A stretch of DNA of 64,000 nt, from assembly GCF_006345805.1 (NCBI RefSeq), contig NC_043000.1:12276001-12340000 (forward strand), read 5' to 3'. The DNA comes from Octopus sinensis. Its lineage: Eukaryota. Each line of letters begins with the position of its first letter. Position 1 is the stretch's first letter. Of the stretch, positions 13,354-24,566 are shown piece by piece. Made by a program: the position numbers and the translations under genes. The notes beneath the pieces were generated by a model. The model ran no database searches. It had not been told where the DNA came from and saw only the letters and a program-made list of their open reading frames with translations.

Positions 13354-15853
13354 TAAGCATATATATATATATATATGTGTAAGCATATATATATATATGC
13401 GTAAGCATATATATATATATGTGTAAGCATATATATATATATGCGTATGCACATATATATATATGTGTAAGCAATATATATATATGCGTATGCATATATA
13501 TATATATATATATATATATGCGTAAGCATATATATATATATATATGCGTAAGCATATATATATATATATGCGTAAGCATATAGCACATATATATATATAT
13601 ATATATGCGTAAGCATATATATATATATATGCGTAAGCATATATATATATATATGCGTAAGCATATATATATATATATGCGTAAGCATATATATATATAT
13701 GCGTAAGCATATATATATATATATGCGTAAGCATATATATATATATATGCGTAAGCATATATATGCGTAAACATATATATATATATGCGTAAGCATATAT
13801 ATGCGTAAGCATATATATGCGTAAGCATATATATGCGTAAGCATATATATGCGTAAGCATATATATATATATGCGTAAGCATATATATATATATATATGT
13901 ATATATATATGCGTAAGCATATATATATATATGCGTAAGCATCTACATATATATATGCGTAAGCATATATATATATATGCGTAAGCATCTATATATATGC
14001 GTAAGCATATATATATATATATATATATATGCGTAAGCATATATATATATATGCGTAAGCATATATATATATATTTATATGCGTAAGCATATATTATATA
14101 TATATGCGTAAGCATATATATATACGCGTAAGCATATATATATATATGCGTAAGCATATATATATATATATGCGTAAGCATATATATATATATGCGTAAG
14201 CATATATACATATGCGTAAGGCGGCGAGCTAGCAGAAACGTTAGCATGCCGGGCGAAATGCTTAGCGGTATTTTGTCTGCCGCTACGTTCTGAGTTCAAA
14301 TTCCGCCGAGGTCGACTTTGCCTTTCATCCTTTCGGGGTCGATAAATTAAGTACCAGTTCACTGGGGTTGATGTAATCGACTTAATCCGTTTGTCTGTCC
14401 TTATTTGTCCCGTCTGTGTTTAGCCCCTTGTGGGTAGTAAAGAAATATATATATGCGTAAGGATATATATATATATATATATATATGCGTAAGCATATAA
14501 TATATATATATGCGTAAGCATATTATAATATATATATATGCGTAAGCATATATATATATATATATATATATGCGTAAGCATATATATATATATGCGTAAG
14601 CATATATATATATATGCGTAAGCATATATATATATATGCGTAAGCATATATATATATATGCGTAAGCATATATATATATATGCGTAAGCATATATATATA
14701 TATGCGTAAGCATATATATATATATATGCGTAAGCATATATATATATATGCGTAAGCATATATATATATATGCGTAAGCATATATACGCGTAAGCATATA
14801 TATATATGCGTAAGCATATATATATATATGCGTAAGCATATATATATATGCGTAAGCATATATATATCTATGCATAAGCATATATATATATATGCGTAAG
14901 CATATATATATATATATGCGTAAGCATATATATATATATATGCGTAAGCATATATATATATATATGCGTAAGCATATATATATATATATATGCGTAAGCA
15001 TATATATATATATATGCGTAAGCATATATATATATATATGCGTAAGCATATATATATATATATGCGTAAGCATATATATATATATATGCGTAAGCATATA
15101 TATATATATATGCGTAAGCATATATATATATATGCGTAAGCATATATATATATATGCGTAAGCATATATATATATGCGTAGCATATTATAATATATGCGT
15201 AAGCATATATATATATATATGCGTAAGCATATATTTATATATATGCGTAAGCATATATATATATATATATGCGTAAGCATATATATATATATATGCGTAA
15301 GCATATATATATATATATGCGTAAGCATATATACATATATATATATGCGTAAGCATATATATATATATATGCGTAAGCATATATACATATATATATATGC
15401 GTAAGCATATATATATATATATGCGTAAGCATATATATATATATGCGTAAGCATATATATATATATATGCGTAAGCATATATATATATATGCGTAAGCAT
15501 ATATATATATATATGCGCAAGCATATATATATATATATGCGTAAGCATATATATTATATATATATATGCGTAAGCATATATATATATATATGGTAAGCAT
15601 ATATATATATATATGCGTAAGCATATATATATATATGCGTAAGCATATATATATATATATGCGTAAGCATATATATATATATGCGTAAGCATATATATAT
15701 ATATATGCGCAAGCATATATATATATATGCGTAAGCATATATATATATATATGCGCAAGCATATATATATACATGTGCATATATATATACATATATACAT
15801 ATACATATGCGTATATATATACATATATATACATATATACATATACATATGCG

Positions 15854-15885
<32 letters not shown>

Positions 15886-16310
15886 TACATATACATATGC
15901 GTATATATATACATATGCGTATATATATACATATATATATATATATATGCTTACGCATATATATATATATACATATGCGTATATACATATGCGTATATAT
16001 ATATATATGCTTACGCATATATATATACATATGCGTATATACATATGCGTATACATATATATATGCTTACGCATATATATATACATATGCGTAAGCATAT
16101 ATATATATTTGCGTAAGCATATATATATATATGCGCAAGCATATATATATATATGCGCAAGCATATATATATATATGCGCAAGCATATATATATATATAT
16201 GCGCAAGCATATATATATATATGTATGCACAGGCAAATATATATATATGTATGCACAGGCAAATATATATATGCGCATGTATGTATATATATATATATAT
16301 ATATATATTA
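13281..16310 (+). repeat. Hairpin minisatellite, block 3 (interrupted by a SINE) grading into (AT)n
   Basis: atgcgtaagcat(at)n units; three inverted units at about 15949-16072. Confidence 0.95.
14220..14446 (+). mobile_element. Full tRNA-related SINE inserted in the minisatellite
   Basis: Near-identical to 546-945, CpGs retained. Confidence 0.85.
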
Positions 16311-16311
16311 C

Positions 16312-16516
16312 ACTTGATTTCTTCCTGTCAGGTGTCCCAGATGAACCAACTTCACGGCAGGAGGTGCAGATGAGGGCAGCTGCATCGAACTCTCTCATGC
16401 ACCAAATGGCAATTGCTAAAAAGCGTTCGTGAAGTAAAATCATGTAGCAGCACCAAATGGCGGTGCCCCAGCATTGCCACAGCTCGTGAGCTGAAACTAG
16501 ATAAAATAAAATAAAG
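16312..16516 (-). mobile_element. CR1/L2-like LINE 3' end
   Basis: [31 protein letters not shown] (encoded on + in the track frame) and UTR matching 12175-12360. Confidence 0.6.
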
Positions 16517-16549
16517 TAAATATATATATATAATATATATATATATTAT

Positions 16550-16591
<42 letters not shown>

Positions 16592-17177
16592 TATGTATAT
16601 ATGTATCTCTATGTATGTATATACATACGTATATGTGTATATACAATGTTTGCATTTATTTGCGTGTGTCTGATATGTATATATATATATATGCACAGAT
16701 AAACATACAACACTATGTGTATATATGTATAGGTATATATCTACATATATATATATATGTGTGTATGTGTATATATATATGTGAATATATATATGTGTGT
16801 ATGTGTATATATATGTATGTATATATGTGTGTGTATGTGTATATATATATGTATGTATATGTGTATATATATGTATATATATATGTGTATATATATATAT
16901 ATATATATGTGTATATATATATATATATATGTGTGTGTATATATGTATATATATATGTGTGTATATATATATGTGTTTGTGTATATATATCTGGCTATAT
17001 GTATTTATTTATACGTGGAGTAAAATTCAGATTCAGATTAATAAGTAAAAGACACCAGAATTTTGTATGGTATTATCTGTATAAATCAAAATGGGGTGAT
17101 TATTATCAAAATAAGCAACAAGGATATCCTGACTTAATGCAGTACAATCGTTTCATGCCTCTCCATTTAATTGAATT

Positions 17178-18630
17178 ATGCAAACATTGGATGAACTTAA
17201 ATGTAGAGCTGGCAATGAGTATAGTGAAGAATTCCGAGTAGAAGTAGGGGTCCACCAAGGTTCAGCCCTCAGTCCTCTTTTATTCATCATAGTCCTCCAG
17301 TTCAAAATGCTGATGACCTGGCCCTCAGCAGAATCACTACCGGCACTAGAAAATAAATTTCAGGTGTGGAAGCAAGGTTTAGAATCAAAGGGCCTTAGAG
17401 TAAATGTAGCAAAGACCAAAGTTATAGTAAGCAGAAAGGTGAACTCATCACACACCCATTCGGGCCGGTGGCCCTGCTCGATCTGTAGGGAAGGTGTAGG
17501 TACAAACTCCATAATATGGATGCATAAGAGGTGCAGCAATATCAAAGGAAAATCAACTTATAAGATAGCTTTCATGTGCAGCTGATGCACAGGTCAATAG
17601 ACACCACAGATACTCAGAAAACAGATTCCATCACACTCCAGGGTGAGAAACTAGAAGTAGTTGATAGTTTCCGCTACCTAGGTGACCAAGTTAGTTGTGG
17701 AGGTGGATGCTCAGTGTGTGTCACCACTAGAATACGAATAGCCTGGGCAAAGTTTAAAAAGCTCCTACCCCTACTGGCGACAAAGGGTCTCTCGCTCAGA
17801 GTGAAAGGTAGATTGTATGATGCATGTGTGCGGACCGCCATGCTTCACGGTACTGAAACATGGGCTGTGACTGCAGAGGACATGCGTAGACTTGAAAGAA
17901 ATTAAGCTAGCATGATCCACTGGATGTGTAATGTCAGTGTGCACACACGACAGAGTGTAAGCTCCCTGATAGAAATGCTGGACATAAGAAGCATCAGATG
18001 TGGTGTGCAAGAGAGACGCTTGCGCTGGTATGGTCATGTACTGTGGATGGATGAGGAGAGATGTGTGAAGGAGTGCCACTCCCAAACAGTTGAAGGTAGC
18101 AGGGGTAGAGGTAGACCCAGGAAGACATGGGATGAGGTACTCAAGCATGACCTCTGACCGTTGGGCCTCACAGAGGCAATGACGAAAGACCGATATCTCT
18201 GGAGGTATGCTGTCACTGCAAAGACCCGGGCTGCTTCCTGCACCAGTTTCGCATAGCCCCAGCCCATCCAAAGTACCTTGGATTGCCGAATGACCTGCTG
18301 TGCTTACCTTGGATCGTAGGGTGACCTGTGCTTAGGAGACCTATTGAGTCAAGTACATCAATATCAAAATAAATACCAAATGGAAATTGTAGTTACGATA
18401 CCTGTGCTGGCGGCACGTAAAAAGCACCATCCGAATTTGTGGCTGATGCCAGTGGCACGTAAAAAGCACCCACTACACTCACGGAGTGGTTGGCGTTAGG
18501 AAGGGCATCCAGATGTAGAAACTCTGCCAGATCAGACTGGAGCCTGGTGCAGCCTCCTGGCTTCCCAGGCTCAGGTCGAACCGTCCAACCCGTGGTAGCG
18601 CGGAAGACGGACGTTAAACGATGATGACGA
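17178..18630 (+). mobile_element. Degenerate RTE LINE (RT to C-terminus plus 3' UTR)
   Basis: SEEFRVEVGVHQGSALSPLLFIIV, displaced ADDL, VVDSFRYLGD, LYDACVRTAMLHGTETW, LRWYGHV, GRGRPRKTW; frameshift and in-frame stop at about 17903; (GAT)n tail. Confidence 0.9.
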
Positions 18631-18892
18631 TATGTATGTGTATATATATGTGTGTGTGTGTGTATTTGTGTGTGTGTATATGTATGTTACATTTGTATAT
18701 ATGTATGTATATATATATGTGTGTGTGTGTATGTATATATTTGTGTATATGTATGTTATATTTGTATATATGTATGTGTATATGTGTGTGTGTATATGTA
18801 CATCTATGTATATACACATCTATATATGTGTATACATATCTGTGTATATGTATGTATGTTGATATACTTTATTTAAAAGCAGCCAAAATTTA

Positions 18893-18943
18893 ACAAAAGC
18901 TGTTACTCAGAGTTTCACGTTCCCGTTCGTCAGACAGTTTTGT
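18893..18943 (-). ncRNA. Type I minimal hammerhead ribozyme (Penelope-like-element type)
   Basis: Minus strand acaaaactgt-CTGACGA-acg(ggaa)cgt-GAAA-ctc(t)gag-TA-acagcttttgt: complete core, 3-bp stem II, quasi-palindromic stem III, 10-bp stem I with one bulge; AATAAA about 30 nt downstream. Confidence 0.85.
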
Positions 18944-18977
18944 GAAAATGGAAACGAGATGACAATTCGATCCAAAC

Positions 18978-19019
18978 TAGCATAAACGATACACCCTTAA
19001 GGGTGTATCGTTTATGCTA
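18978..19019. repeat. Perfect 42-bp palindrome centred on TTAA
   Basis: tagcataaacgatacaccctt|aagggtgtatcgtttatgcta. Confidence 0.97.
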
Positions 19020-19929
19020 TTGTTTTGATAAAGAAATTCCACAAGTAAATTACAATCCCTCTTTAATATGTAACTAAACAGCGACACCTCTATTAAGTCA
19101 TAATAAATTATGATCCCTACTGTCTTCCGTAGTGTAATATAAAAGTAAACCTGTATAACCACATTATTTCAATCAATATACAAGCAGGACTAAACACTAA
19201 CCTTACTACAACAAGTGACATTTTAACCAACATACATTGTGTCGGTATTAATAGTAAATTGCAATAACTAAATGATATGCTAAATTGCGATCCATTTTTA
19301 AGTTCATATAAATAATAATCCCACCAGTCTTCTGTAGATATTACAATAATGGAAGTTCAAACCGTGTAATATTTTTTCAAAAAAAAACATGACTGAAGCT
19401 AATCTAATATTTTTATGAGTGCAGTACTTTATTTACTCATTCAAAAGTTAATAGTAAAACATTACATATTCATTAACATATCACTTGAAGTTATATTAAA
19501 ATACCAGTGATTAATATATAAATTTCATTACATAGGAACTAATAAAAGTACTTGTAATAACTATTATAAATCTTGCAATTTGCTGTCATTCACAGAATAA
19601 CTATTTTACCTTGAGAATAACGCTGTTGAAGTGTTACGTATAATTTGGTAATCAAGGATTGAATCCACGCTATGCCTGCATGAAGCCACTACAAATATGT
19701 TGTGGAATAAAAAAATTTATCTGCTGTCATGGAAAATGTGTAACTGTAAAAATGCATAATTATTGGAATAGTGGGCATTCAAAAAAGTATGTATGAATGA
19801 AGTCTTTAAGGTTTAAGATTCAAATTAAGGAAGTGCAATATTGTTTAGCAGTTCAAAACTGAGTAGTGAAATGCAGAATTAGGTTGACTGATCGTGAGAA
19901 TCAAATATTGTTCACTTCGCTAAAATCTG

Positions 19930-20430
19930 CAGGTGGTATGGGTTATTTCCCTTGGGTTTAAATAAAATATTGGTAATATGTAGTAGATAGAACAATCCAT
20001 TGGAAGGGCTCTATTATCGATTTTTTTTTTTTTTTCAACACTCTAAATATGTCAGGTTTCCAGACATGAGTTTTACTTGCGTGTCAAATAAAGTATATAG
20101 GTTATGTTGTCTGCAAAAATTAGAAATAGGACACACAAAAAATCAATGTTCAAAGTAATCGAACATAAACAATGAAATGGGTTATTTCCCTTGAATGTTT
20201 AAAAAAAATTATTGTACAGATGCTATGGGTTACTTACCTTGGCTGTTCAAAAAATAGTTACAGGAGGTAGATATGAAGGGGCCGTTATCGATTTTTTTTC
20301 AACAATCTAAGTATGTCACGAGGTTTCCAGGCATGAGTTCTACTCGCGTATCAAGTTTCATCACAATCGTTAAACGATGTAGGAGTTAGCTAACACCACA
20401 GATACTCACACACACACCGATTTTCCCCAT
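19930..20430 (+). mobile_element. Helitron-like non-autonomous element remnant with internal tandem repeats
   Basis: Repeated atgggttatttcccttg and attatcgattttttttcaaca units; 3' gtttcatcacaatcg...cacagatactcacacacac. Confidence 0.4.
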
Positions 20431-20569
20431 ATGTAGTAGATATATATGAATATGTGTATGTATGTGTATATATATATATGCATATATATATGTGTGTATA
20501 TATATATAAATGAATGAATAAATAAATAAATAAATGGAGTCGAACGAAGATGTTAATAAAATTCTTTTA

Positions 20570-20650
20570 CTTTCGACATATGTTTCAAAGACAACATGGT
20601 TTTATTCCAAAGAATAAACAGTGTAAGATGCAATCTTCTCATCAGGAGAT
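20570..20650 (-). ncRNA. Second type I hammerhead motif (long stem II, palindromic stem III)
   Basis: Minus strand tctc-CTGATGA-gaagat...(52 nt)...gtcttt-GAAA-catatg-TC-gaaa; stem I has 3 of 4 pairs; inner stem II hairpin tttattc/gaataaa. Confidence 0.65.
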
Positions 20651-21011
20651 TTTCCATGTTAACGGTAAATATAGGATAATTCATTCACCCATCGAAATAT
20701 ATATATATGTGTATGTCTTGCTTCGAAAACTGCATTGGGTACGATTAGTGGAATTTTGGTAGTAATGACTTATGTCCCTCTTAGCGTGAGGCATTTATGT
20801 GTAATAATGCCCTCTATACAATATAAATTAATATTTTCAAAGGAAAAAATTATTTTCGAATTTTTTCTCTTATGAGGTTTTTCACGCTAACTACCTGATA
20901 ATTTCTTGTTAAGATTCCTTATTAAGAAGTTATCCTTAATTGTTAAATATATATATATATACTAGCATTATGACCCGTCGTTGCAAGGTTATAGTGCTAG
21001 TGCATGTATAT

Positions 21012-21420
21012 ATCATCATCATCATCATCGTTTAACGTCCGTTCTCCATGCTAGCATGGGTTGGACTGTTCGACCGGGGATCTGGGAAGCCAGAAGGCTG
21101 CACCAGGCTCCAGTCTTATCTGGCAATGTTTCTACAGCTGGATGCCCTTCCTAACGCCAACCACTCCGTGAGTGTAGTGGGTGCTTTTTACGTGCCACCT
21201 ACACAGGTGCCAGGCGAGGCTGGCAACGGCCACGGTCGGATTGGTGTATTTTACGTGGCACGGAAGCCAGTCGAGGCGGCGCTGGCATCGGCCACGAGTC
21301 AGATAGTGCTTTTTACGTACCACCAGACCAGGGATCCTGGCTGGTTCAATTCGATTTCGCTTTCGCTTGCCCCAACATGTCTTCGCAAGCAAAGGGGGTT
21401 GGCATGGGTGCCTGTCGTCG
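21012..21420 (-). mobile_element. RTE-tail SINE
   Basis: Same body and terminus as 6184 and 9648. Confidence 0.8.
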
Positions 21421-23864
21421 GATGAGGTTATGTGTACATATTACATGTACATCTATATATATACAGCTACACATAAATTACAAAATATAAAGTTATATCT
21501 TGATATCGCTAGTGATAAAATATATAACAGACTGGCTTAAAAAGATAAGTACTAGGGTTGATTCATTTGACAAGAATTCTTCATAGTATGTCCATAGTCT
21601 AGTAATGACTGAAACAAGTTAAAGATTGAGCTTGAGCATATTAAACTTTAGAGCTTAGGCTAAATGTGAATCTTGAGAATGTGAAAATCTGATCACAGTT
21701 ACAGAATACATTTACCATAAAAGTCATGTTAGATTAAAGATAATTTAAGCTGATATTGGTATTGAATAAGAAGCTCGTAACCTTCGCAGGTGATGTTGAT
21801 GTGATTGATATTCAACCTCAATTCCTGTAATTCAGTGTCTAGGGAAGGATTCTGATCCTTAAGAAGAAGGATTGAGGAAATGTCCATCATGGAATCTGAA
21901 GCAGTGAGATAGTAGGAATGATAAGGAGCATGTGGATCAATAAGCAGTTTGCAAGTTCTAAAGAATAGTGGAGGATGGTATATTAGTGGTTGGTGTGAAG
22001 CTTTACTTATCAGCTTTTTTGTTTTTGTCTTTAAAGCATGAATAGAGGATATAAGATTTGAAATGCATTATCATATTTTATTTGTTTATAACTTGCAGAT
22101 ATAATTTTGGGTAATAAAATCTTGGGAGAAAAATATTTCTTGTATATGCACTGATTCTTTAAGCATTATTATGTGTAGAAGTGTTTAGCCAGAGTTATAA
22201 TTGCTGTATAAAATACTTTGAAAATGTTCATGCATCCTAATCTAAACAAGTTTAAAAAATGTCTTTAGTGTAGGTTTTAAAAGGTTCACCTGATGTTAGG
22301 ATAAGCATTGTAGAAATTAGTATTGAATATTGTTTACTAAGAACTGACTTGGGTCTAAACAACGTCAATGAAACCAGTAAAAGAAAGAAAATTTAAATTA
22401 CCATTATGTTGAAGGTTACAATTCTGCAAAAGAAAAAAAAAATCTAATGATATTCCCCCCCCCCCCCCCCCAAGGAAAAAAAAACATTTCTTCTATCACT
22501 TTCCTAAGTAGGTGCAAACTTAAATCTCTAAGGGCATCCACTTCACAAATGTAAGGAAAACTAGCCTGTTAGTTCAGCTACCTGCTCTGAAGATTATGAA
22601 AGTGTAACTTTATGTTCATGGAGAATTTATAATTCCTGATATTCAAACGAGTAAGAATGTCCTTCATTATAATTTTGACTATGATAGAACTGTGACTACA
22701 TGATAAAGGGAGTCATGGTGTTTAGCCTGTGAGATATAGCTGCCCCGTTTCCATCTTAAATTAGAAAAGATCACATAAGGTCACATTAGAAAATGTGACC
22801 TCAACTGGTTCTGCCTTATTCAAGAACTTTTGAAAAAATTGTCAAAGAAAAAGACCATGACATTTAAACAATCTTTGAACACCTAGGTAGATCTCTGCAA
22901 GCTACTACTCCCTCCTACAAGAGTAGGTTATTGGTATCATAAAACGTAATTTGAAAGACTACTCCGGCTGGTGCAATCAAGTTAGACATAACCAAAACCT
23001 AAGCTTTCATGAGGAACCCTTGAACGTGATAAATACTTTTTATCCAAATCCATAATCTGTACATTAGGTGCAGGCATAGCTTTGTGGTTTAAGAGGCCTA
23101 CTTTGCAACCATGTTTTGTGTTAAATTCCAATGCATGGCACTTGGGGTAGGAGTCTTAATTTATAAACCTTGATCAACTGGTGCCATGAGAATGCATTTG
23201 GTAGCTGGAAAATCTGGAAGCCTGTATTTTGTGCATATATGTATGTATGTTTGTATTCCTCGGTCCCCCTAGCTTGGCAACAGATATTAGTTTGTCTACA
23301 TCCCCTGTAACTTAGTGGTTCAACAAAAGAGACCAATAGAATAAGTACCAGGCTTTAAAAATAAATAATAATCAATTTGACTACATCCTTCAAGGCAGTA
23401 CTCTAGCATGGCTGCAGTCCAATGACTGAAACAAGTAAAAGATAAAAGATATGGATACAATCGCATTTTGTTCAACTTGTAGACTTTGTAGAGTGCCTGT
23501 GGATGAGGTTGATAAACTGTTTTGAAATGAATGAGGTCTAAGTCTTGGCCACAGTGGGTGTGTGTGACGATGATGTGTATCCTTATAGTGGTTACCAAAA
23601 AGCTGTCTAGGAAACAGTTCTGCAAGTTTCCACAATTCAATTCAAATACACATTTTACTGATCTGTCTCTTCCTTTTGATAAAGTAAAAAATAAAAACAT
23701 TACAGTGGGTTACTGATTTCAAAATATAGCCTGAATGTCTTGATTTGAAAAAAAATTTCAGAATTTTAACCTGAAAAACTCATTTAAAATTTTCAGAGTG
23801 AATATACATTTTAACCCACCATTCAGTTATTTCAAGGAACATAAATTATGTAAATTTACAACTT

Positions 23865-24200
23865 TTATCTTTTACTTGTTTCAGTCATTAGACTGTGGCA
23901 TTGCTGGGGCACCACCTTGATTTTTAATCAAATAAATCAACTCCAGTATTTATTTTCTTTAAATCTGCTACTTATTCTGTCAGTCTCTTAGGCTGAATCA
24001 CCAAGTTACAAGGACATGAACATACCAGCTCCGATTGTTGAGCAGTTGTGGGGACCAGCACACATACATTCTGATGCGCTTCTTTCAGTTTTCATCTACC
24101 AAATTGATTCACAAGGCTTTGGTCAGCCTGAGCCTATGATAGAAAACACTTGCCATAGTTGCCATATGGTTGAAGAGTAAACTTACCACACAGCCAAGTC
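23865..24200 (-). mobile_element. Old, CpG-decayed tRNA-derived SINE
   Basis: cttttacttgtttcagtcattagactgtggc...; related decayed copies at about 23085-23455 (+), 34215-34560 (-) and 57590-57830 (-). Confidence 0.6.
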
Positions 24201-24437
24201 TGCATCTGGTTTTAAAAAAATTAGTGTTGCATTTTGTTGTTGTGTAGTTTGTATTATCTACAACTAAATATGGTATTCTGTAGTGTCTCCATGTGAATAG
24301 TTATTGCAAGAGAAAGAGCCCTAAAATATTTCTTTTAAGGTTTTTATTTGGCAATTACTGGAATGTTATGTTTTTAATGCTGAGATCTCTAAATGAAGAA
24401 AGTTGAATATTATATTATCCAATTGCTGGAGTTATAT

Positions 24438-24566
24438 CAGTGCTCTGCAACCAGTATGCTGAATATATTTTTTTCCCTTATACTTTTAGTTAAACTTCTA
24501 GTTCAGGTGTGCCGCTGGATTTTAAAAGAAAAGTGTACCGCAAGTGGAAAAGGTTGCGGAGCACTG
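24438..24566. mobile_element. 129-bp hAT-type MITE
   Basis: 15-bp TIR cagtgctctgcaacc / ggttgcggagcactg (1 mismatch) and perfect 8-bp TSD agttatat (24430-37 and 24567-74). Confidence 0.8.

Noticed and set aside
6501-16250. Minisatellite as a CRISPR-like array
   Set aside because: Spacers are only variable-length (AT)n, there are no unique spacers or cas genes, and the context is eukaryotic
1438-17048. Dozens of long ORFs (up to 1090 aa) rich in Y/I/M/C/H/T/A
   Set aside because: They are translations of (AT)n and atgcgtaagcat repeats that lack stops in several frames on both strands; not genes
21855-21885. LRRRIEEM resembling MTA exon 2 (IRRIEEL)
   Set aside because: In-frame stop immediately upstream, no DYVYFE and no suitable splice sites
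22455-22471. C17 tract (G17 on minus); shorter tracts near 49320 and 56142
   Set aside because: Simple homopolymers; G-quadruplex potential is generic and unsupported by context
24438-24566. CpG-retaining hairpin as a snoRNA or miRNA
   Set aside because: TIR plus exact 8-bp TSD explain it as a hAT MITE
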